From IMG/VR virus record IMGVR_UViG_2713896775_000007, positions 1 to 31,955 of that record: 31,955 nt of DNA. One strand, given 5' to 3'. A program made the position numbers and the translations under genes. Each line of letters opens with the position of its first letter. The stretch's first letter is position 1. Positions 18,198-27,368 of the stretch are shown piece after piece. Under the pieces are notes generated by a model. It was not told the origin of the DNA and did no database searches. It worked only from the letters and a program-made list of their open reading frames with translations. The DNA is from a virus (taxonomy: Duplodnaviria > Heunggongvirae > Uroviricota > Caudoviricetes).

Positions 18198-18304
18198 GCG
18201 CGCTGTATGCCTGAAGTGGCTAAAATAGTATCTGTCATAGGTACAACTTAGTGTAGTATCATCCATATAATCCATTGAAATATAATCGACTCTCATTAGA
18301 GGTG

Positions 18305-19303
18305 ATGATGAACGGAATCTGGTACGAAAACACTCATACACGCATTCCTAATTTTGAAACAACAGTACATCAAAAGCACAAATTCGGTTACGCTTATGAA
18401 ACAACAAGTCATTTTGTGCATCTGTATGGGCGTGACGTGGGATTTAATGTAATATCAGTTGGGTTAACTGTTATTGAGCAACGAAGTGGAACTCTCAATG
18501 ATTGGGTTCGGAGAGTATTTGGGGCTCAGAACATATCTCCTTTAGATAATGAAATTGGACATGTAACTAGGGGAGTGTGGCGGCCATCCTTATATTATGT
18601 CAATGATACAGAAACAGCATTAGGTATCGATGAGTTTGAAAAAAGAGCAACAGAGCAAGCTCTAAGAGTTTTGATAGAAAAACTCGATGATATTTTTCTA
18701 TATGTAGAACCAAGTGCCCATGGTTTGATTTCTTACAGTCATAAATGTAGAGAGCTATTAATTCTTGCTTGTACTGAGGTTGAAAATCAATGGGTGTCAA
18801 TCATTGGTAATTCGAATTTATCTCGTTCAAATGGTCGATACTCCACAAATGATTATGTGAAATTATTAGATAAGTGTTATTTGTCTGAATATAAAATTCA
18901 ATATTTGAATTATGACGGATTAAGGCATTTCAAACCTTTTGATGGGTGGAATGCAAGTACCCCTACAACATCTTTGTCATGGTATAATGCATATAATAAA
19001 ACTAAACATGATAGATCAGGAGCATTCCACTTTTCCACTTTAGAAAATGTAATGGATGCAGTTGCTGCTTGTGTTGTAATGTACTGTGTAAAATATGGCC
19101 CGTTTAGCTTATTGGAAGCCAATACGTCTCTATCAACGATCGTTAATCAAAACTTTTCAATTTCATTAGATAATAGCAATCCAGCAAGTTATTACATTCC
19201 TGAAATTGAACTTCCACCGGATACAAGAACGGATTTATTAATTTATGATTGTTATCGAGAAAACCATAATAAAGCATGGGTCACTGATCCCCTAGTGCTC
19301 TAA
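18305..19303 (+). CDS. Hypothetical protein, about 333 aa (cargo); possible HEPN-like Rx4H motif (speculative)
   Basis: AT-rich ORF after the cos-like block; C-terminal KTKHDRSGAFHFSTLENV contains R-x4-H; start ATG 18305 or 18308 (ORF track begins at TTG 18275). Confidence 0.55.
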   Translation: MMNGIWYENTHTRIPNFETTVHQKHKFGYAYETTSHFVHLYGRDVGFNVISVGLTVIEQRSGTLNDWVRRVFGAQNISPLDNEIGHVTRGVWRPSLYYVNDTETALGIDEFEKRATEQALRVLIEKLDDIFLYVEPSAHGLISYSHKCRELLILACTEVENQWVSIIGNSNLSRSNGRYSTNDYVKLLDKCYLSEYKIQYLNYDGLRHFKPFDGWNASTPTTSLSWYNAYNKTKHDRSGAFHFSTLENVMDAVAACVVMYCVKYGPFSLLEANTSLSTIVNQNFSISLDNSNPASYYIPEIELPPDTRTDLLIYDCYRENHNKAWVTDPLVL

Positions 19304-19312
19304 TTTCCTGCT

Positions 19313-19342
19313 AAAGGGAGCTTTTAATTATAAACGCTCCCT
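19313..19342. terminator. Candidate bidirectional terminator between convergent cargo genes
   Basis: AAGGGAGC (19313..19320), 14-nt AT loop, GCTCCCTT (19335..19342). Confidence 0.45.
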
Positions 19343-19359
19343 TCGGTTGTCGCTATTTA

Positions 19360-19986
19360 TTATATATCAATAGAGTTTTGAAATTTTAATAACTGCCATC
19401 TTGTTAATAGTGGTTTTATTGCTATGTTGTGTTGGGTATTTATTTTTAAACCTTCGAATTTCGAATATCCATTTTCCAAGGCTTCCACTGAAAAATGAAT
19501 GGTTTTTGTTATCGGGTTTATAGCACAAAGATTTAGGTCATATAAAGTATGAATGTCACTTCTGAGCAATAATCCATTGCTAATATGATTGTGACTATCG
19601 TTTCGATATACATTAATGTGAGCAGCATCAAGAATATCAACAAGCTTACAGCCCATAACCGCACAAGTAGGATTTGATTTTAATAGCTGGTCGCGAAATG
19701 TTTTTTGCCCACTTCGTTGTTTTATTTGCCGTTCTACAATTTGCCGTTGATCTTCACCCATTAAAGTGGGGGTGTCTTTATCAGCTTCGCTGGCGTTGAG
19801 CTCCAGAATAATAGTATGTTGGGCGGTAAGCAAAGCAACAGCCCATTGATAGTTAACTTCTTGGATGGACATTTGCCCATTGTAGCGTGGAGTTTCATCT
19901 ATAAATTGTGACATTGTAATATTGGATAATTTACGGTACTGGTTGCCGCAGTATGCTATAAATTCTTTAGCTGGCTCAAAAACCAC
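19360..19986 (-). CDS. HNH endonuclease domain protein (C-terminal portion of a probable frameshifted gene)
   Basis: CAVMGC...AAHINVYRNDSHNHISNGLLLRSDIHTLYD is an HNH signature; this frame stays open upstream of the GTG at 19986 back to a stop at 20077..20079. Confidence 0.7.
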   Translation of the reverse strand: MVFEPAKEFIAYCGNQYRKLSNITMSQFIDETPRYNGQMSIQEVNYQWAVALLTAQHTIILELNASEADKDTPTLMGEDQRQIVERQIKQRSGQKTFRDQLLKSNPTCAVMGCKLVDILDAAHINVYRNDSHNHISNGLLLRSDIHTLYDLNLCAINPITKTIHFSVEALENGYSKFEGLKINTQHNIAIKPLLTRWQLLKFQNSIDI

Positions 19987-20033
19987 TCTGGGTTCATCAA
20001 ATTCATGGCCATTATCACAACGCCACTCTGATT

Positions 20034-20333
20034 TTATAGTTTTCCTTTGAAGAATTTTTTTGCTTTGCAGTCTAGGTTAATACATTTGTTACGCTTCTTA
20101 TTAATGCTCTGTGTTTCTAATTTTTCAATAACAGATATACCTAAAATATTTTCTCTGTTGGTAATAATAATAATATCACCGTCTTTTACATTTTTGTGGT
20201 TCGCTACAAAACTGTCATAGCGATAGAAAACTGATGAGTCATCGGGATAACTATCATTTCCCCAGTATCTAAGATCGTCTTTCTCAATTGCCTTAAAAAA
20301 AACCATACTTGCTGTACCATGAACTTTTCCCAC
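20034..20333 (-). CDS. Small beta-rich N-terminal domain ORF (likely N-terminal portion of the frameshifted HNH gene)
   Basis: 99-aa ORF ending just after an A7 run; a single A insertion would fuse it in frame to the HNH ORF. Confidence 0.4.
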   Translation of the reverse strand: MGKVHGTASMVFFKAIEKDDLRYWGNDSYPDDSSVFYRYDSFVANHKNVKDGDIIIITNRENILGISVIEKLETQSINKKRNKCINLDCKAKKFFKGKL

Positions 20334-20390
20334 TAATCAAATTTTGGTTTGTTCTATCGAACAGCAAAGCATGTTGATATACAAGAGAAA

Positions 20391-21422
20391 TCATCCCAAA
20401 GAATATGGCTCAAATCGCAAAATTTTTTGTTCTAACCAGTCATTTACTTCACGCATCCTTTTTTGCAACGGTAATAATTCATTTCGCACAAACACATTTG
20501 CCGCCTTCTCCACATCCCCAAACCCCCCAACATTGCTAGGCATTATCCCCATCATTTGTGGTGGCACACGATGCGCTGCCATCATGTCATCCCGACTCAC
20601 GTTCTTGATGTTAAGAAATTCATCCTTCGCTGCGACTTCTGATAGCGGGATAATCTGAAGCCCGTCTTTTTTGCCGTTAGGCGAGTACATAAACAGGTTG
20701 CGGAAGTTACCCGGACCTTTGGCACTTTTCATCGCGTTGCGGAGGTTGTTTACATCCTCCTGGTTCTGCGCGGCGTCGGTCATGTACATGATGAAGCCTG
20801 CATGACTGCCGTTGATGTAATACTTACGGCGGAACAGCGTGGCGGACTCATTGAGCAGGGCGGACGGAATGGCAGAAAGATAGCCGGGCAGGCCGTAGAT
20901 CTCTTGGTTAATGTCCGGTTCCATCAGATGAAAAATGCTGCCTTTCGTGAACTGATACGGCTGGGTTGTCATACCGTATTGCACAAACCAGTAGGTATTC
21001 AGGTCTAACCCGCGTCGGGTGTATTTTGCCAGAGCAGGCTCAAGGGCGATAACTTCACCGAAGCGGTTCGTGCGTTTCTCCAGGTAGGCGTTACCAAATA
21101 CCAGATAGTCCTGCACAAAACGTGAAAAAGCCTGCTGGCTGAGCAGCGGGTGAGGGATGTAGGTACTGGTCAGAATGTTGCATTTCACCGCAATTGGTGA
21201 ACTGTGATGCACGGCGGCGCGGAAGGTGCGCGCCAGTCCGTCAAAACTCACTGGCGGCTCATACCAGCGATCTGTCTGTACGCATTCCACATAGTCCAGT
21301 AGTTCACGGCGGTCCAGAACCGGAACGGGATCGCCGAAGCTGAATGCTTCGGCTGAAGTCTGGTTTTTATGCTGGGTCTGTTTCGTCGCCGCAGCGAGGT
21401 TCTTCTTACTCTTTCCCATCAA
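20391..21422 (-). CDS. Q: Portal protein gpQ
   Basis: 343 aa, P2 Q-like; overlaps the start of P. Confidence 0.9.
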   Translation of the reverse strand: MMGKSKKNLAAATKQTQHKNQTSAEAFSFGDPVPVLDRRELLDYVECVQTDRWYEPPVSFDGLARTFRAAVHHSSPIAVKCNILTSTYIPHPLLSQQAFSRFVQDYLVFGNAYLEKRTNRFGEVIALEPALAKYTRRGLDLNTYWFVQYGMTTQPYQFTKGSIFHLMEPDINQEIYGLPGYLSAIPSALLNESATLFRRKYYINGSHAGFIMYMTDAAQNQEDVNNLRNAMKSAKGPGNFRNLFMYSPNGKKDGLQIIPLSEVAAKDEFLNIKNVSRDDMMAAHRVPPQMMGIMPSNVGGFGDVEKAANVFVRNELLPLQKRMREVNDWLEQKILRFEPYSLG

Positions 21423-23185
21423 AAAATCTCCACAATATTGCTGGTATTGGCGGACTCGCCCTGCAGCGGTTCGTTAAACAGTGCGTGCATTGTTGCCCAG
21501 GCCAGATCGGCATGGCTGGCTTCTTCGCTGCGGCTGGCTTCATAGGTCGGGCGGTTGCCACTGGCGGTGGTGGCGCGACGGATTGCCATGAATGACTGCG
21601 CAATGTCGGTGTGCCCGGCGTCAAACTCAAGACGGCGGTGGCTGATAATGTCGTAGGCCTTGAGTACCAGGGCGTTTTTAACGTTGGGGTTGTAGACAAA
21701 CTCCCGGACGGCAGGAAAAAACGCTTTCACGTTCTCGTAAACCCCGTGACCAACGCCGGTTGAGTCGATGCCGATATAGGTCACGTTGTACTGTTCGGTC
21801 AGTTTTTTGATGGCGTCAGCCTGGGCGCGAAAGTCCATTCCGCGCCACTGGTGACGCTCAAGAATGCGGAACTTACCGCCTGGCACGGCTGGCGGTGCCA
21901 CCACCACGCATCCGGCGCTGTCGCCGTTCTGCGTACCTTTTGCCGGGTCATAACCGATCCACACTTCGCGCCAGCCAAACGGGCGCAGGGCCAGTGCATG
22001 AAAGTCGGTCCAGACTTCCCAGCTGTCCACCATGCACGCCTGCAATTCGCTGAGCGGGAACACGGACGCGAGATCGTCCACGAACTCGCACATCAGCAGG
22101 TTCTGGTATTCGTCAGGGCTGTACTCCATGCGCAACTGGTCAAGGTCGAACAGGTTACAGCCGCCGCGCACCGCATCTTCCACGGTGACTATCTGGCGGT
22201 ATTGCCCGTCTGCGCACAGCAGGCCGGGGGCCAGATTGCTGTGGGACAGGTCGATGTCCACCTTGTCAGCTTTGTTGCGCCCACGGTTGAACAGCGCACC
22301 GGACCAGAACGGATAAGCACTGTGGGTCAGACTGGATGGTGTGGAAAAATAGGTCTGCCGCCATTTCTTGTGAATAGCCATACCGGAAGCCACTTTGCGT
22401 AGCTCCTGAAATTTCGGTATCCAGAAATATTCATCCAGATACAGGTTGCCGTGATAACTCTGGGCCGTGCGGGCATTGGTGCCGAGGAAGTAAAGCGTGG
22501 CCCCGTTAGGAAGTACCATCGGATCGCCTTTCAGCTCCACCTCCACTTCTTTGGCGAAGTCGATGATGTACTGCTTAAAGACGTGGGCCTGTGCCTTACT
22601 GGCGGAAAGGAAAATCTGGTTACGCCCGGTAAGCAGGGCGTCAATCAGGGCTTCACGGGCAAAGTAAAAGGTCGCGCCGATCTGGCGTGACTTCAGCAGG
22701 TTGCGGATGCGGTTGGTTTTTCCGGCTTCCCACCAGTGGCGCTGGTAGTTGAACATGGAGGAATGGAAGATTTCTTCCAGTTTCTCAATCTGTTCATCGG
22801 TGAAGACATTTTTTTCCGGCTGACGGCGCGGGCCTTTGTTGCGGTTGGCGACGTTAGGATTTAAGTCGGCTTCGTTGCCGCCATTGTTAAACTTGCCGAT
22901 CCGCGCGTGGCGCTCAGACTGGCGCGCCAGCAGGTCAATCTCTTTGAAATCTTTCCCTTCTTTGTGCTCCTTCATAATGAGCTGGCAGTAGCGTGCGGCG
23001 GTGGTGAGCTGCATCTGATCCAGCGGCCCATAGTCACCCCACTTGTCGCGTTTTTTCCAGCTGTGAACGGTTGCAACTTTCTCGCCCAGCATTTCAGCAA
23101 TGCGGGCTACGCGGTATCCCTGAAAGTACAGCAGCATGGCCTGCCGACGGGGATCGAGATCTGCGGGTGTCAGTGTGGTGTTCAT
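21419..23185 (-). CDS. P: Terminase large (ATPase) subunit gpP
   Basis: 588 aa, P2 P-like; divergent from O. Confidence 0.9.
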   Translation of the reverse strand: MNTTLTPADLDPRRQAMLLYFQGYRVARIAEMLGEKVATVHSWKKRDKWGDYGPLDQMQLTTAARYCQLIMKEHKEGKDFKEIDLLARQSERHARIGKFNNGGNEADLNPNVANRNKGPRRQPEKNVFTDEQIEKLEEIFHSSMFNYQRHWWEAGKTNRIRNLLKSRQIGATFYFAREALIDALLTGRNQIFLSASKAQAHVFKQYIIDFAKEVEVELKGDPMVLPNGATLYFLGTNARTAQSYHGNLYLDEYFWIPKFQELRKVASGMAIHKKWRQTYFSTPSSLTHSAYPFWSGALFNRGRNKADKVDIDLSHSNLAPGLLCADGQYRQIVTVEDAVRGGCNLFDLDQLRMEYSPDEYQNLLMCEFVDDLASVFPLSELQACMVDSWEVWTDFHALALRPFGWREVWIGYDPAKGTQNGDSAGCVVVAPPAVPGGKFRILERHQWRGMDFRAQADAIKKLTEQYNVTYIGIDSTGVGHGVYENVKAFFPAVREFVYNPNVKNALVLKAYDIISHRRLEFDAGHTDIAQSFMAIRRATTASGNRPTYEASRSEEASHADLAWATMHALFNEPLQGESANTSNIVEIF

Positions 23186-23231
23186 GGCACAAACCTACAG
23201 CCTTGAATGAAGGCTTTCCCCGCCTGCGGTT

Positions 23232-23249
23232 TGTGTGGTTGTCGGTACA
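23232..23249. promoter_or_regulatory. Candidate late-activator (Ogr/Delta-type) site TGT-N12-ACA in the P/O divergent promoter region
   Basis: TGTGTGGTTGTCGGTACA between the divergent P and O starts. Confidence 0.3.
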
Positions 23250-23327
23250 AATACCGCGCATTGTTTCACTGCCCCCATCACCGCAACCATAAGGCTCCAG
23301 TAAGTTTTTTCTAACGGAGCACGGCTC

Positions 23328-24161
23328 ATGACAGTGAAAGCAAAGCGTTTTCGCATCGGGGTGGAAGGTGCCACCACCGACGGACGCGAAATCCAGCGTG
23401 AATGGCTGGAACAGATGGCAGCCAGCTACAACCCGGCGGTGTATACCGCGCTGATTAACCTTGAGCACATCAAGTCTTATCTGCCGGACAGCACCTTTAA
23501 CCGCTACGGCAAGGTGACGGCGCTGTTTGCTGAAGAAATCACGGAAGGTCCACTGGCAGGCAAGATGGCGCTGTATGCCGACGTTGAGCCAACGGAGTCC
23601 CTGGTGGAGCTGGTGAAAAAAGGCCAGAAATTATTCACCTCTATGGAAGTCAGCCCGAAGTTCGCTGATACGGGCAAAGCCTACTTGGTTGGCCTGGCTG
23701 CCACTGATGACCCTGCTAGTCTGGGCACTGAAATGCTGACATTCAGCGCCAGTGCAGCTCATAACCCGCTGGCAAACCGCAAGCAGAATCCTGCAAATCT
23801 CTTTACCGCTGCAGAGGAAACGGTGATCGAACTGGAAGAAATCCAGGATGACAAACCGTCCCTGTTTGCCCGTGTCACGGCGTTGTTTACCAAAAAAGAG
23901 CAGTCCGATGACGCCCGGTTCTCTGATGTGCATAAGGCCGTGGAGCTGGTCGCCACTGAGCAGCAGAACCTGAACGCACGCACCGAAAAATCCCTGTCTG
24001 AGCAGGAAGAACGCCTGTCTGAGCTGGAGACTGCCCTGCAGGCACAGCAAACCGCCTTTAACGAACTGGTGGACAAGCTGAGTCATGAAGACAGCCGCCA
24101 GGACTACCGCCAGCGTGCAACAGGCGGTAACGCCCCCGCTGACACTCTGACCAATTGCTGA
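23328..24161 (+). CDS. O: Capsid scaffolding protein gpO
   Basis: FRIGVEGATTDGREI...LINLEH...YLVGLAATDDPASLGTE resembles P2 O. Confidence 0.85.
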   Translation: MTVKAKRFRIGVEGATTDGREIQREWLEQMAASYNPAVYTALINLEHIKSYLPDSTFNRYGKVTALFAEEITEGPLAGKMALYADVEPTESLVELVKKGQKLFTSMEVSPKFADTGKAYLVGLAATDDPASLGTEMLTFSASAAHNPLANRKQNPANLFTAAEETVIELEEIQDDKPSLFARVTALFTKKEQSDDARFSDVHKAVELVATEQQNLNARTEKSLSEQEERLSELETALQAQQTAFNELVDKLSHEDSRQDYRQRATGGNAPADTLTNC

Positions 24162-24177
24162 TGGAGCACAAAACCCG

Positions 24178-25236
24178 ATGAAGAAGAATACCCGCTTTGC
24201 TTTTAACGCTTACCTGCAGCAGCTGGCGCGTCTGAACGGTGTGGCAGTTGAAGAACTGTCCAGCAAATTCACTGTGGAGCCGTCTGTGCAGCAGACGCTG
24301 GAAGACCAGATCCAGCAGTCCGCCGCTTTCCTGACGCTGATTAACGTCACGCCAGTGACTGAGCAGTCCGGTCAGCTGCTGGGGCTGGGTGTTGGCAGCA
24401 CCATTGCCGGAACCACTGACACCACCGCGAAAGAGCGTGAACCTGTCGACCCGACGCTGATGGTCGATGTGGAATATAAATGCGAGCAGACCAACTTTGA
24501 CACGGTGCTGACCTACGCGAAGCTGGACCTGTGGGCGAAGTTTCAGGATTTCCAGGTGCGTATCCGTGACGCCATCGTGAAACGTCAGGCACTGGACCGC
24601 ATCATGATCGGCTTTAACGGCGTGAAGCGTGCGAAAACCTCCAACCGTAGTGAAAACCCGCTGCTGCAGGATGTGAACAAAGGCTGGCTGCAGAAAATCC
24701 GTGAGGATGCACCGGATCACGTCATGGGCAGCACCACCACGGGCGGCGAAACCACACCGGGTGCGGTGAAAGTCGGGAAAGGTGGCGAATATGCCAACCT
24801 GGACGCTGTGGTGATGGATGCGGTCAATGAGCTTATCGACGTGGTCTACCAGGACGATGACGATCTGGTGGTGATTTGCGGTCGTGAACTGCTGTCTGAC
24901 AAGTATTTCCCGCTGGTCAACAAAGAGCAGGAGAACAGTGAAAAACTGGCTGCCGATATGATCATCAGCCAGAAACGTATGGGTGGCCTGCAGGCGGTGC
25001 GTGCGCCGTTCTTCCCGCCGAATGCGCTGCTGATCACCCGTCTGGATAACCTGTCCATCTACTGGCAGGAAGATACCCGCCGCCGTTCAGTTATCGACAA
25101 CCCGAAACGTGACAGGATTGAAAATTTTGAATCCGTTAACGAAGCCTATGTGGTTGAGGACTATCGCTGCGCTGCACTGGTGGAAAACATCCAGATTGGT
25201 GACTTCAGCGCCGCCGCAGCAGAAACCGGAGCGTAA
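24178..25236 (+). CDS. N: Major capsid protein gpN
   Basis: 352 aa; FAFNAYLQQLARLNGV...KFTVEPSVQQTL resembles P2 N. Confidence 0.9.
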   Translation: MKKNTRFAFNAYLQQLARLNGVAVEELSSKFTVEPSVQQTLEDQIQQSAAFLTLINVTPVTEQSGQLLGLGVGSTIAGTTDTTAKEREPVDPTLMVDVEYKCEQTNFDTVLTYAKLDLWAKFQDFQVRIRDAIVKRQALDRIMIGFNGVKRAKTSNRSENPLLQDVNKGWLQKIREDAPDHVMGSTTTGGETTPGAVKVGKGGEYANLDAVVMDAVNELIDVVYQDDDDLVVICGRELLSDKYFPLVNKEQENSEKLAADMIISQKRMGGLQAVRAPFFPPNALLITRLDNLSIYWQEDTRRRSVIDNPKRDRIENFESVNEAYVVEDYRCAALVENIQIGDFSAAAAETGA

Positions 25237-25239
25237 TTC

Positions 25240-25890
25240 ATGAGCCTGAGTCCCGCACGGCAGCATCGCCTGCGCGTTCAGGCTGAACAGGCCGCTCGCG
25301 AGGGTGGCAGTGTTCGCCACGCGTCGGGCTATGACCTGATGCTGCTGCAACTGGCGGAAGACCGCCGCCGTCTCAAGGGCGTTCAGTCCACGGTCAAAAA
25401 AGCGGAAATCAAGGTGGAGCTGCTGCCGAAGTACGCCGCCTGGGCGGAGGGTGTCCTGGCTGCCGGAGGCGCTCAACAGGATGACGTGCTGATGTACGTG
25501 ATGCTGTGGCGCATTGATGCCGGAGATTATGCCGGGGCGCTGGAGATCGGGCGTCACGCCCTGCGTCATGGCTGGGTGATGCCGTTAGGTAACCGCAACG
25601 TGCAGACCGTGCTGGCAGAGGAAATGGCAGACGCGGCGCAGAGCGCAATGCTTGCCGCCACCGGCTTTGATGCTGATCTGTTGCTGCAGACGCTGGAGCT
25701 GACAGACGGTCTGGATATGCCGGACCAGTCACGGGCACGTCTGCATAAAGCGATTGGCGCTGTCCTGAGTGAAAGCAATCCGGCTTCCGCCCTTAATCAT
25801 CTTAACCATGCGTTACAGCTCGATCCCCGCTGTGGCGTGAAAAAAGACAAACAGCAGCTGGAGCGCAGGCTGCGCAATGACAGCCGCTGA
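25240..25890 (+). CDS. M: Terminase small (endonuclease) subunit gpM
   Basis: 216 aa, position and size as P2 M. Confidence 0.85.
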   Translation: MSLSPARQHRLRVQAEQAAREGGSVRHASGYDLMLLQLAEDRRRLKGVQSTVKKAEIKVELLPKYAAWAEGVLAAGGAQQDDVLMYVMLWRIDAGDYAGALEIGRHALRHGWVMPLGNRNVQTVLAEEMADAAQSAMLAATGFDADLLLQTLELTDGLDMPDQSRARLHKAIGAVLSESNPASALNHLNHALQLDPRCGVKKDKQQLERRLRNDSR

Positions 25891-25985
25891 CAGAACGTGC
25901 CCCCGCGCACGGGCGGCACGGGGTGGCGAAAGGCACTGCCACATCAAAACCCCGTCCACCGCCCTTTATTTCAGGAGAAAGCAGC

Positions 25986-26450
25986 ATGAAGTTTGTTGCG
26001 CCAGAACAGGCACCGGAACAGGCGGAAATCATCAGGAATACGCCGTTCTGGCCTGATGTGGACCTGTCGGAGTTTCGCAGCGTGATGCGCACTGACGGCA
26101 CGGTGACGCAGCCGCGTTTAAAGCAGGTTGCGCTGTCGGCAATTTCGGAGGTCAACGCAGAGCTGTATGAGTTTCGCAGACGCCAGCAGATGCTGGGGTA
26201 TGCCTCGCTGGCAGAGGTTCCGGCGGAACAGCTGGACGGCAAAAGTGAGCGCATTCAGCACTATTTCAACGCGGTTTACTGCTGGGCACGCGCCATGCTC
26301 AACGAACGTTACCAGGACTATGACGCCACGGCGTCCGGTGTGAAGCGGGGCGAGGAACTGGCGGAAGCAAGCGGTGATTTGTGGCGTGACGCCCGCTGGG
26401 CCATCAGCCGGGTGCAGGATGCGCCGCACTGCACAGTGGAGCTTATCTGA
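25986..26450 (+). CDS. L: Head completion/stabilisation protein gpL
   Basis: SD AGGAGAAA before ATG 25986; the longer 25923 start was rejected. Confidence 0.8.
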   Translation: MKFVAPEQAPEQAEIIRNTPFWPDVDLSEFRSVMRTDGTVTQPRLKQVALSAISEVNAELYEFRRRQQMLGYASLAEVPAEQLDGKSERIQHYFNAVYCWARAMLNERYQDYDATASGVKRGEELAEASGDLWRDARWAISRVQDAPHCTVELI

Positions 26451-26653
26451 TGAAAGTGCGTGCGTATCAGTATGACACGGTGGACGCGCTTTGCTGGCGT
26501 CATTACGGGCGCACGCAGGGTGTCACGGAGCAGGTACTGAAGGCAAATCCGGGGCTTGCCGAATACGGCCCCTTTTTACCTCACGGGCTGCAGGTGGAGC
26601 TGCCGGACATTCCGACCACCACCACCGTGCAGACCGTCCAGCTATGGGACTGA
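26450..26653 (+). CDS. X: Tail protein gpX
   Basis: 67 aa, identical in length and position to P2 X. Confidence 0.8.
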   Translation: MKVRAYQYDTVDALCWRHYGRTQGVTEQVLKANPGLAEYGPFLPHGLQVELPDIPTTTTVQTVQLWD

Positions 26654-26656
26654 ATT

Positions 26657-26872
26657 ATGACGCTTGAGCGAATCAGCGCCTTTATCACGTATTGCATCGC
26701 CGTCGTGCTGGCCTGGCTGGGTGATTTGTCCATCAAGGATGCCTCAACGCTGGGCGGCCTGATGATTGGTGTGCTGATGCTGGCTATCAACTGGTACTAC
26801 AAACACAAAGCCTACCAGCTTCTGCGCGACGGGCAGATCTCGCGGGAGGACTATGAATCCATCAATCGTTAA
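26657..26872 (+). CDS. Holin, two TM segments (pinholin-like)
   Basis: 71 aa with hydrophobic segments ISAFITYCIAVVLAWLG and LGGLMIGVLMLAINWYY and a charged C-terminus; immediately upstream of the endolysin. Confidence 0.55.
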   Translation: MTLERISAFITYCIAVVLAWLGDLSIKDASTLGGLMIGVLMLAINWYYKHKAYQLLRDGQISREDYESINR

Positions 26873-27368
26873 ACGCTGCCTTGTCGGGACCGTGCTGGCT
26901 ATTACTGCCACGCTGCCGGGTTTTCAGCAGCTTCACACCTCCGTGGAGGGGCTGAAACTGATTGCTGATTACGAAGGCTGTCGTCTGCAGCCGTATCAGT
27001 GCAGCGCGGGTGTCTGGACCGACGGCATTGGTAATACATCGGGTGTCATTCCCGGCAAAACAATCACGGAACGACAGGCAGCAGAAGGGCTGATCTCCAA
27101 CGTGCTGCGTGTGGAGCGGGCGCTGGAAAGGTGTGTGAAGCAACAGCCGCCACAAAAGGTGTATGACTCGGTGGTGTCGTTTGCCTTCAACGTGGGAACG
27201 GGCAATGCCTGCAGTTCCACGCTGGTGAAATTACTCAATCAGCGGCGCTGGGCGGATGCGTGCCGACAGTTGCCGCGCTGGGTTTATGTAAAAGGTGTGT
27301 TTAATCAGGGGCTGGATAACCGCCGTGCGCGGGAGATGGCCTGGTGCCTTAAAGGAGCTGGACTATGA
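26853..27368 (+). CDS. Endolysin, T4-lysozyme-like (GH24) with N-terminal signal-anchor-release (SAR) segment
   Basis: N-terminal KRCLVGTVLAITATLPG hydrophobic segment; catalytic E-x8-D-x5-T arrangement (YEGCRLQPYQCSAGVWTDGIGNT). Confidence 0.8.
   Translation: MNPSIVKRCLVGTVLAITATLPGFQQLHTSVEGLKLIADYEGCRLQPYQCSAGVWTDGIGNTSGVIPGKTITERQAAEGLISNVLRVERALERCVKQQPPQKVYDSVVSFAFNVGTGNACSSTLVKLLNQRRWADACRQLPRWVYVKGVFNQGLDNRRAREMAWCLKGAGL

Noticed and set aside
21406-23468. Numerous ORFs on both strands overlapping the terminase gene P
   Set aside because: They fall in a GC-rich region where long spurious ORFs are expected; P is well supported and fills the interval.
23631-25778. Minus-strand ORFs overlapping the O, N and M capsid/terminase genes
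   Set aside because: Antisense to conserved plus-strand structural genes in a GC-rich region.
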